NCBI GenBank assembly: GCA_001662655.1 | Contig: KV460245.1 | Length of the DNA stretch: 64,000 nucleotides | Origin: Pseudogymnoascus verrucosus | Taxonomy: Eukaryota | Strand: one strand, 5' to 3' | Shown here: one piece after another, positions 24,439 to 34,355 of the stretch | How positions within the stretch are numbered: position 1 is the stretch's first letter | Layout of the letters: each line of letters opens with the position of its first letter | The notes under the pieces: model-generated | The model's input: the letters and a program-made list of their open reading frames with translations, nothing else | Database searches by the model: none | What the model was told of the DNA's origin: nothing | Translations under genes and position numbers: made by a program

Positions 24439-26540
24439 TTTGGTGGTGGTGGTGGTGGTGTGGTTGGTGTGAGTGTGGTTTGGGAACATATAAATTTGTT
24501 GATTGGATTGAGGAAGTTGTTGAGTTGAGATATTCAGTATGCTGATTGTCTTCTGTCTGTGATTCTGATTCTTTGTCTGTTTCTGCTCCTCCTTTCCGCG
24601 CCCATCGAGGGTATACTTATACTTTAATCCACAAGCCTCAATCAAGCCCATCACAACCTACCTCTCATTTCCAATCCACGCACACGCATCCGCCTACGTA
24701 CCGTCCCTCGTCAGCATCCAGAAACTACTGTACCTTCTTTCCTCACCGAGTCCAGATCCAGACCCATCAGTCGCCTCTCCATATCCAACTTTTTCCCCCA
24801 ACCCCAGCCACATACACCCACTACTCCCGATTCCGATCGTCTCACCTCTGCCGCTGACTCACCACGGGCTCAGGCAACTACATTACCTAGCACTCCACAC
24901 GCACACACACGGCATCCTTGTTCCTGAGGCGTCAGCACGGTGCCGTAAGCCGGTGTATATCGGACGCGACCAGGAAGGTTCTGGTGTGCGCATGGACTGG
25001 AGTCTAAATTATTAGTGCGTCTTGTAGTTTCTCCGACCATACTTGTGTCTTGTGTTTTGCTGAGCAATCATCTTCTCGAATGGAACTAGGAATGGCGTTG
25101 GACTATCAGCGCTGGTGGCAGTGGGGCGGGCGTGCGTAAGACGCTTTTCCGTTGGTGGATGTGCCAAGGCCTGTCATGGCTGTCATGGCTGTCATGGCTG
25201 TCAGATTTGTTCTGGGTGTCCGATTTTTCAATGGGTGACGCGCCAACCGAGGGTGATAAGGCGAGAATTGAGTTTGCTGTAGTGGAAACGATCGTATTGC
25301 AGTTTAGTGAGTTTGGATGCTCTAGTCTGGATGTTTGTTAGTTAGTTCGTATGACGACGAGATGGAGGAGTCAGAGAGAGCCAGAGAGGTACGTGCTGGG
25401 CTGTGTTGAAATGAGTGGAGGATGAGAAGGGGATGGGGAAGGTACGGATAGAGTTGGATCGCTGTTGCTCTACACAACCAACGACAACCAAACAACAACC
25501 AAAGTTAGTGTCCCAGTATAACCTCATTCTTGCCTAATCCTACTACTCACTCTCTCACCTAGACTATATCAAGAGGGAAGCACCAGCAATCCATACCCAC
25601 GTGACACCTCTATATACCACCCCAAGTATGAAAAAATACAGTGTTCAGTCTTCTCCTCGCTAACACAACCCCCTCCAACCCCTCCAACCCCCGCATGACT
25701 CAACCCCCAAAAACCCTCACCACATCATCCCTCCGAATAAGGAATAGAACAGAATAAGCACACAAAAACCTTAAATCCCTCGCCAAGCCGTTGACGAATC
25801 CATTGCGTCGCCTTGCGGCCATCGCCCATCGCAATTTCCCATGCCTTGTTTGTGAGGATACTACTGCGGCGACGACGTGTCAGAGGTAGAGTCACAGACC
25901 GGATGGCAGGTGGGTCTCGGTACGATAAGATGGGATGATGGATGGTCTAGATGGGGGAAGCTGGACTGGATACTACTATGGCAGTACGTGATGGTTTTGT
26001 TGATGTTACAGAGGCAGGCGTTGATGATGATGGCGTGGCTGTGCATCGGGGAGGGAAGGCTCTATGCCGGGGTGAGGGGGAGTACCGGTGCCGTGATGCC
26101 GAAGGGGATATTAATTACCAACTGTATACCTCGGCGAGTAAAGAAGCAGGCGATGCGAGACGACGCGTACGAAGTGCTTCAATGACGCCATAGGTGTTGT
26201 GGGTGGGGTATAGTATATTACAGGGCGTTAATCACGTGCTTGACTTTTAAAAAGTTGTATCTGAAGGTATACCTCACGACCCTCTCTCTTGATGGATATG
26301 GTCCGTCATATACGCGGAATCAATCGCACTCAAGGAGGTAAGTTACGCCGATATGACGGTTTTACGGGGCGTTATCGACGATAGCCAAGATATCCACGCC
26401 CTTCTCAAGACATAGGTATGGAGCTCGTATTAGGTAATCAGACATCGGCGACGTATATACTTCCACATCACAATATTCTCATATCCTCCATATCACCAAC
26501 TCCATTTTTTACATTCTCCAACTCAGACGCTATCCTCACA

Positions 26541-27812
26541 ATGACCGTTCCCAAACCCCCAACCCGCATCCTCATCCTCGGCTCCGGCGTCGTCGGCTCC
26601 TCCCTCGCCCATGTTCTCTCCACGTCCTCCCTCCCCCCCTCCACCACAATTCAAGTCCTCTCTCCCCCTCTCACCACACTCACGACCTCCACCTCCCTCG
26701 CACCCGGTCTAGTCGGACAACTCAACGCCCTCCCAGCTCTCACCACTCTCGCCAAGGCAAGCGTGAAGGCGTATCTCACTCTCCCACCAGGAGCTTTTTC
26801 TCAAGCCGGGGGGTTGGAGATTGCGAGTTCGGCTGAGGGGATTAAGATATTGGAGGAGAGATTGGAGAAGGCGCGGGAGGCGGGGTTGGAGGCGCGGCTC
26901 GTTGATTCGGAGGAGATTGCCAAATTATCCCCGCAATTCCACGTCAAGGATGGGGTGTCGAGGGGTCTTTATTTCCCGACTGATGGCGTAGCGGAGCCTT
27001 CAAGGATCGTGGAAGCCTACCAGGCCTCCGCGCGCGCGAATGGGGTGGAGTTCATCGAAGCCATCGCGCTGGGTATCAAACACCTCAATGGCGTGGTGAA
27101 GGGCATCAACACCTCCGCCGGCTTCATCAGCGCCGACAAAATCATCGTCGCAAGCGGGATATGGAGCGCAGAGTTACTGAAGGATATCCTCCACATCCCT
27201 GTTATTCCTGTTGGGCACCCCTACCTCCACGGTGCGCCGCGGCCGGAGAGGGGGGAGAAAAGCCCGTTTGTCCGCTGGCCGGAGAAGGGGGTTTATGGCC
27301 GCGACCACGGCGCCTGCGAAGGATTCGGAACCTACGACCACGCACCCCTCCCCGTTGCCGCCGCGGAGGGCGCAGAGAAGGGGTGGGCTCCCGAGTTTGA
27401 CTCCGCTGTTGAACGGGCGCTGGGGTTATTCCCCTCAGAAACCAGGCAAGCAATGACAGCAGACGGGTCTCGGAAATTTAACGGTGTCTTCGCGGTAACC
27501 CCCGACGGACTCCCCGTGGTGGGGCCAGTGGGGGATATAAATGGCCTCTGGGTCGCGGCGGGAGTGTGGGTTACGCATGCGATGGGCGTTGCGGGGTTAG
27601 TTGCTAAGATGGTTTTGAAGGAGGAGAGGGAGGTTGAGGTTTCGTCTGGGGGCGAGGGGAGTGAAGTGGTGGAAGAGGTGGTGGTGGTGGATGAGGAGTT
27701 TGAGGAGTTGAAGAGGGTGTTGAATCCGGGGAGGTTTGGGGGGAGGGGGGTGGAGGAGTTGAGGAGGGAGGCGGGGGGGAGGTATAATGATATATATAAT
27801 CTTGAGGAGTAG
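26541..27812 (+). CDS. FAD-dependent oxidoreductase, DAO/sarcosine-dimethylglycine oxidase-like
   Basis: RILILGSGVVGSSLA dinucleotide-binding motif, TSLAPGLVGQL, GLYFPTDG, FNGVFAVTPDGLPVVG and GLWVAAGVWVTHAMG. No introns. Confidence 0.85.
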   Translation: MTVPKPPTRILILGSGVVGSSLAHVLSTSSLPPSTTIQVLSPPLTTLTTSTSLAPGLVGQLNALPALTTLAKASVKAYLTLPPGAFSQAGGLEIASSAEGIKILEERLEKAREAGLEARLVDSEEIAKLSPQFHVKDGVSRGLYFPTDGVAEPSRIVEAYQASARANGVEFIEAIALGIKHLNGVVKGINTSAGFISADKIIVASGIWSAELLKDILHIPVIPVGHPYLHGAPRPERGEKSPFVRWPEKGVYGRDHGACEGFGTYDHAPLPVAAAEGAEKGWAPEFDSAVERALGLFPSETRQAMTADGSRKFNGVFAVTPDGLPVVGPVGDINGLWVAAGVWVTHAMGVAGLVAKMVLKEEREVEVSSGGEGSEVVEEVVVVDEEFEELKRVLNPGRFGGRGVEELRREAGGRYNDIYNLEE

Positions 27813-29535
27813 GAGGGAAGGGAATTGATGGGATGGATAATAGCTGTGGATGGACTGGTTGAAGGTATGTGTGAGTTGATAGTGTTTAAAAAGGCGTTCT
27901 GTGGAATATGACGTGGATGATATAAAGGTCGGTTTACACCTCCTATACAACAAAATAAATCGAAAGGACATTGTCCACCTTGAAAAAAGCATCCATATGT
28001 GAAGTATGATGCATTCCCAAGATGTTGCGCTTTCAAGTCCAACATAGTTGCACCGGGGATTACGGTGTGGTATAGCTGATATCGTTGCTGTCGCTGCGGT
28101 ATTCTCGTCATCGTCGGTCTCTTGTCACTGCTGTATTCTCATCTTTCATTACTCCATCTCCTATCCCCGCTCACGGGAAATGTCTAAGCACATCAATCTC
28201 AAATCCGCAACCCCCATCTAAAAACACACACGGACGATGTTGAGAATTGGTGTAGCGGTTACTAGCTGGGTTGTAGTTCACATCAGGATCGGTCGTTGAG
28301 GGCTTTTAATCCCCGTCGGTCATTCCGGAAGGATAGATTCTTGCCTGTTGCAATGGTAGTTATTTTACACATCATACATTTCGAGATGTAAGAGGTTCCG
28401 TTGCCCGTAAACCCCACGCATACCGATTGAGGCCGAGTCATACAAGAAAAGTGCGAAAAGAAGGGGAAAAGGAGAGGGTTCTCCCCGAGGCGCGGGGTAG
28501 CAATGAGAAAAATAGCGTAAAACTATCACCTGAGAACCACTGCCGACAGACATGAGGAGGAGACCACAGAAGTTGGACATTGCCGTGGTGGATCTGATAT
28601 CGTTGTTCCGCTATAGCCCTTGCTGTCGCCTCTGTTTTCTCGTTGCTGTGGTATTCGAACCACCGCCGCCGCTTCCTGTCACCACTGGATTCTCACATTC
28701 ATGCCCGCCAGTCTACCATCTATCTAGCGCCATATTGAAGCCTTTGCTTCTCCTTCAGCTCGGGCCAACGCTGATAAATTCTGTTTCAATTCCAATCTCT
28801 CGGCACTCATTTAGAGTGACAGTGCGAGGATTATCCTTGCTGTGGTTGCTCTGTCTCTTGCGTGTATTGCTTTATTTCCTGTCTCTTCAGGTGTAGGATT
28901 TAGAGGCACATTAATCTCGAATATGTTGGCGATGAATTTGTTCTCGGAATTATACTCATCATCTCCATCTTCACTCTCATAAACCTCCTTCTGCTGCTCT
29001 CCTCCAGCTTCATCCAGCTCTACCATATCACCGCATAACTTTGTATCTATTTTATACACATTCTGTATCGGATCGTTGCATCCCATGAAATAAATACTGA
29101 ACGAAGACTAGCGATGAGCCCTCACATCTGGAAACTACTATATGCCTGTTCTTGTAGCCTAGGTTGAATATCAAGCAAGGAGGAAAACCGCCGTCGTTGC
29201 GTTGTCGCTGCAGTTCCATTCTCGTCGCCGTTGCACTCTCGTCACAACCGCCCCTATCTGTCACCGCGCTGCATTCTGACGATCGTATCCGCCACTCCAC
29301 CATCGACCTACTGCCTTAATAAAGGAAAGTTGTAAGTATGCCAACCTTAGGACGGGACTTGCTCATCTCTTGTATGGGTTGTGGTAATAGAAGACGGGAA
29401 TTCTGGCTTCTGGCCCGGTGATATAGGTATCGACCCTATATGGGCTTCTCGGTTTGAGGCTGGAATTGCTCTCCCCTTTCCCACCCCCGACCCTAACCCC
29501 CCAAAAATAGGAATGAAGCAAAAGAATAAACAAAA

Positions 29536-29598
29536 ACATACAACAGTGGGTATTCGCTGGTGGTCACCCACCCAACTACTAATCCACCGATCTCAAGC
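29536..29598 (-). rRNA. 5S rRNA: 5S rRNA gene 2, 3' part (nt 57-119), interrupted by element 2
   Basis: Reverse complement reads GCTTGAGATCGGTGGATTAGTAGTTGGGTGGGTGACCACCAGCGAATACCCACTGTTGTATGT, followed by a T-run terminator. Confidence 0.92.
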
Positions 29599-29757
29599 AA
29601 TCCTCTAGATAATAGTTAAACCGGTGCCATCCAGCCTAGTAGTTGAGCCTCGCTGCCCTTACCCTTTTTTTGTGATCGCGACTACCTCAACCACCTCGAC
29701 CACCCAGAAGTGGGTCTAGTTTTGACAACGCGTTGCACTGCGACAGTGGACGCCTTT

Positions 29758-29838
29758 AGGTGAGCAGGGTGAGTGGGCGAGCGTGCTGGGTATGGTGAAC
29801 AGGGTGAGCAGGGTGAGCAGGGTGAGCAGGGTGAGCAG
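29758..29838 (+). repeat. Left subterminal CAGGGTGAG array (element 2)
   Basis: Four perfect tandem CAGGGTGAG copies (29800-29835) plus degenerate copies upstream. Confidence 0.88.
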
Positions 29839-31417
29839 AGGGTCACATGTGAGACGGGAAACTCGTTCTTCATCCGCTGCAGCACCACTATATTGCAGAT
29901 TTGATTTGGGCTTCGTTCACAAGAGGATACAATTAAGAGGCCTGTGCGCTAGTAAGGTAGCCACAGCTTATACGGAGCTTATGTTCATAGGTTTTGTGAG
30001 TGGGGGGAGATATTAAAGCCTCGCGCACGGCTCCGCGGAAATCGATGATGTATCTCGCCTTATATTTTGTACGTGATCGATACATGAGTATATGCTGCTG
30101 TGCACAAATCCTGGGTCCCTTGTTCGATCCACTCGCAAAACTTTTGAACATTACCCCTGTACTGACTCGTGTGAAGGGTCAATACTTGTGAACTACTGGC
30201 CCTGCTCAGCCACCACTCCTTTAAGAAAATATCAAATTCTGGTGCTGTGTGTTGTGTGCCGCGATGTTCGGCCGGCACCTGTTTCATTGGTCGGATACTT
30301 ATAGGGAGGTTATGTACATAAGTTTTGTAAGTGGAGCCTGTGTGTTGATGCCACTAAGACGGAATCTGCGGGGTATGCTTAAAATGGAAATTGTAACACC
30401 CTCAATCGCAGGGAACCCCAGCTTTAGTTGGTTGGTTGGGGTTGGTTAGGGGTTGTTGGATCTGGCTCCGAAAGACTGGTGGTTGGTAACCTCTCGATTT
30501 TGGAGTATGAGCTCACGCCTACCCCATAAAGAGCCTTAAGGAGAATTGGGGCATTATTACGAGTGGGTCTTTACGTTCGTAATTAGCTTAATTGATCTAC
30601 GTGGCTTACGCTATTGAGTGTTACGCTACCATTCTAAGCGTACCCCGCAGATTCCATCTGTGTGGTATCAACACACAGACTCCACACTTTGTCCTAGGCC
30701 ACCTGTGGATAGAGATGCTGTAAAGAATCACACGCCAAAGGCTCAATCAATGTTGGCTTTTGCAAGGGTAGAGTGGCTGATTTTAGGAAGTGAATGTCTA
30801 TACGGAGATATATACACGCCATACCATGGTGGACTTGATAGAAGACTAGTTGGTTGGAAGTATGAAGAGATCAAATGAGACGGGATGAGATTTGGAGAGG
30901 GGATAGATAGTTGGTTGAGGGCGCTATTTTTGTGGGCGCGGATGGTGGAAGGGGATCCACTCCATGTGCATGTATGGGATGGAAGTTGCGCGGTATAGCC
31001 CTCAGCTACTATCCCCTGAGTGATTATCGCGACACGCTCTGTTAACAAAAGGCAACTGCGAGTTAGATCTTCGTATTTACGCCTTTGTACCAGGTTACTT
31101 TCTGGCAAGTTCCGGCATTGACAAGGCGCTATCAGGGGAGCTGTTAGGGTGCCATCATTTTGACATTCGCCAAAAGCCCGTATGTGACATCGATCCGCCT
31201 CGGAAGTGGTTTATATAGTCTGGGGTTCCATTATTGCTCCAGAACTGGTGCGAATTACCTTCTCCATCTCAGACTACATACAGCCACATCACCGCATCAA
31301 AACAATTGTTTTGAGGTGGCGATGTCTGTGCTGTTGAGTAATATATATGTATTCTTCGGTTGCAGTGCCTAAGGTCTATATATCCATGATATTGAAACCA
31401 ATTGCATGAGATGAGCA

Positions 31418-32903
31418 ATGCAGGTCCTTACAGAGGAGCAAACGAGAGCGCTAGCGGCCGAAACTAGAGGTCCCATTCTCCTCGGTCTTTCGATATCCTT
31501 TACCGTTTTATCTTCCATCTTTGTGGTATTACGAGTCATCGCAAGGTTCTGGATTATTAAGGGTGCAGGATGGGAGGATTATACTATAGTGGTGGCTGTG
31601 GTACGTAAGAGGACGCGAATTGTTATCGAAAGACACAGTCTAATATACTACGTCTTTAGGCCTTCAACGTAGGAATGGCAGCGTGTCAGATTCAAGGTGA
31701 GCCTTTCCTTTAGCTTCCTGATCTCCACGACACCCAATTGCTAATTCCTCCTCAGAGGTGAGATATGGCACTGGCCGGCACGTACAGTTTCTTGAAACGT
31801 CACAAGTCGTTGGCATTCTCAAGGTCAGTTCCATTGCTCTCTCCAGAAAATCCATTGATCTCACGCTTATAGTATCTCTTCTGGAGCATTATCTCTTACT
31901 GTGTCACCCTTAGCCTCGTTAAAACGAGTATTCTCCTCCAATACTACCGCATCTTCGGGGGGAACGATGCAACGAGATATGCAATCTACGTGGCCCTCAT
32001 CATTGTCATCGCATTCGGAACGGAGTGCGTAATCAGTGATATCTGGACCTGTGTACCAGTTCAAGCCTTCTGGGAACTCAGTCTCCGGCCGACCTCTAAA
32101 TGTGTGGATCAGAACAAGTATGTATTCATGCACGCGGCTAGGGCGACGATTCGAACTTCATACTAACTTTGAGCAAGGCTCTTTCTGGCCAATGCCTGCA
32201 TAAACATCGCTACCGACCTGATAATTGCCACGATTCCTCTGCCCATCGTCCATAAACTCCGCATCCCCTTCCGACAAAAAATTGCATTGATGGTCATCCT
32301 CGGCATCGGTTGGTTGTACGGAGCCCCTTCTCCCCCTTCCCGCAATACCACAAAGCTCACATCACCCCACATAGCATATGCGCCGTTTCCATGCTCCGGC
32401 TCAACTCCATCATCGGCCTCGCTAAGCAAGCCGACACTACCTTCTACAGCGGTGAAACAGCTTACTGGTCCACTATCGAAGTCAACGTCGCGATCATCTG
32501 TGCCTGTCTCCCGACGTTAAATCCTATCTGTAGGCTGATCTTCCCACGCTACTTCAGATCGACCCAAAGCGCGAAGTATGACTCGAACAGTGAGCGCATG
32601 TTAGGCAACAACGCGTTCGTTCAGCTCGCTGGGGGCGCCTCTGCGTCGAAATCGAGGCAGGTGGGCAAGAGGAGCTGCAATGGGGACGAGGACGGGCTGC
32701 GAGCGGCCGAGAGGTACCAAGCGGGGGTGGCGGCGAATCTAAATGGAGACGACGGGAGGGCAGAGGATGGGAACGAGCAGGCGATTCGGGTGGAGAGTAG
32801 CGTGCAGCAGACCGTCTACATCGAAGACGATGAGAGCGGGCAGAGTTATACGAGTGCGAGCGTGAGCCAGAGGGACTTGATCCCTATGGTTCCTGGGCGC
32901 TAG
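31418..32903 (+). CDS. PTH11-like (fungal rhodopsin-domain) 7-TM integral membrane protein, 6 exons; cargo of element 2
   Basis: Spliced motifs VVLRVIARF..GWEDYTI, YGTGRH, KTSILLQYYRIF, CVPVQAFW..C, NIATDLIIATIPLP..KL..PFRQK, ICAVSMLRL and WSTIEVNVAIICACLPTL. Five GT-AG introns splice in frame. Confidence 0.9.
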
Positions 32904-33090
32904 TGGAAATGGAGCTTCTCCTTTGACGATTTAGACTTCATTCGTGAGTATGGCTCACAAATGACAAATAAGCTATAAAATAAGAGCAAGGCACCCTTAA
33001 TATGGTATGTAAGTTAAGATAGCCAAACTTCAGTGCTGATACGAGAATGATGCGGAAGTGACGCCAAACTAACACAAAGATGTTGCTTTG

Positions 33091-33158
33091 CCTCACTCAC
33101 CCCACTCACCCCGCTCACCCTGCTCACCCCTACCCTCACTCAACCCTCGTCTCACCCT
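33091..33158 (-). repeat. Right subterminal CTCACCC array (element 2)
   Basis: cctcactcaccccactcaccccgctcaccctgctcacccctaccctcactcaaccctcgtctcaccct. Confidence 0.82.
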
Positions 33159-33229
33159 TCAGGTGGCAAGTGGCCCCGATTCGGCGCTATGCCTATTGGC
33201 ACAATTGAGACTATTAGCCAGAGGATACG

Positions 33230-33290
33230 CAAGCTTGTGTATGGCAGAGCGGACGGGATGCCCAATTCTCTCGAGTCTGTGGTCGTATAT
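33230..33290 (-). rRNA. 5S rRNA: 5S rRNA gene 2, 5' part (nt 1-61)
   Basis: Reverse complement reads ATATACGACCACAGACTCGAGAGAATTGGGCATCCCGTCCGCTCTGCCATACACAAGCTTG. Confidence 0.92.
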
Positions 33291-34355
33291 GATTGTTCTT
33301 TGAGTATGGCACAATGTAGGGGTGACGAGACTCTCGGATCGAGACCACAGTACGCCACCCTTTTTATTTAGCCTCCGCCCCCTCCCGTTTGTTGCCGACT
33401 ACGGCCATTTTATATTGCCCCTGCTTGTCGCAGTATATCTGCCGGCTGAGGGGATCTCAAGGTAGCTAACTCCGTCTCTTCTGAGTGTCCCCTTCTCATG
33501 TTTCCTCTAGCATGGGATATTATAGAAGCTGGGTATCGAGCTAATATATCTGATATAATTGCTCTCGCTGCCCTGCTGCTGAGGTGCAGGGATATGGAAA
33601 CCTCGCAAGCATAAAAAGGGAACCTTGGGTCTGAAACGACAGCCAGAAGAAGAAGAGAAAGTCGAGCAGGAGAAGGCCGCGAAAGAGAGGGCTGAGCAAG
33701 AGAAGGAGACTGAGAGAATAAAGAAAAGACGCCTCTACGAAGAGGCCTTGAGCCGTGAGCCAACTATGAAGTGAGGCGTAAAGCGCTGTTGCTGTATTCT
33801 CATCGCCATTACATTCTCGTGATGGCAGCCTCTTGTCACCGCTACATTCGCTGGCATAGTTCGTGCCTGCCCCCCTACATCCATAAACACTCCTCCGGTG
33901 TTGACTCTCTCCATCAGTCGTAGCTCAGCTCAATATCCTCCCATTTCATGAACTCTTCCGTGTACCCCCCTCTCGCTAGGGGCGACCCCTCTTGCCTTGT
34001 AATATAGTGCGACAGCAAGCCCGATTGTGAGAAGTTCAGAAATCTAACTACTGGTAGTGGTCTGGTACTAGATAGACACCTGCGTGGCTGGAGTAGTTCC
34101 CGTCTCCTGTTCGTGCGTAAATAGGGGCTGGTATCCACACTGGCAAAACTGGGCCGCGTTTCTCTTGACCGATCGCAGTTCATGAACGTCGATCATATCG
34201 ACTACCCATGAAAGGTATCTACGAGCATTTCACAACACGAACGACGAAGGTAAGATGTATAATATTATAAAAGAATGTGGTTCAATTTGAAGAACTACAA
34301 CCGAACAGAAGTACAACGTGGCAATATTCCAGCCAACATTTCAAAGCCTCTCCCG

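Larger units (their letters stand above)
29599..33229. mobile_element. Element 2: 3631-bp 5S-inserted non-autonomous cargo element carrying a PTH11-like gene
   Basis: Flanked by CAAGC direct repeats (29594-29598, 33230-33234) at the same 5S position as element 1. Imperfect TIR (22/31). Ends homologous to element 1. Confidence 0.88.

Noticed and set aside
25861..26193. Overlapping short ORFs between the small hypothetical gene and the DAO gene
   Set aside because: No frame gives a recognisable product or a convincing spliced model.
28241..28325. tRNA-like sequence (A-box-like TGGTGTAGCGGTTA and distant AATCCCCG)
   Set aside because: The acceptor, anticodon and T stems do not pair and there is no GTTCRA. 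At best a decayed relic; tRNAscan-SE would decide.
28811..29086. Acidic 91-aa ORF next to element 2 as a recombinase remnant
   Set aside because: It lies outside the element boundary and has no recognisable catalytic motif.
29758..29838. CRISPR-like or telomeric interpretation of the CAGGGTGAG arrays
   Set aside because: There are no unique spacers, the context is eukaryotic and the unit is not TTAGGG. The SPCSPC-type ORFs they generate are repeat artefacts.
16146..33229. One large composite element spanning both 5S loci
   Set aside because: Each 3' half has its own nearby 5' half and a complete left/right end pair. The DNA between the loci contains the core gene MMS19.
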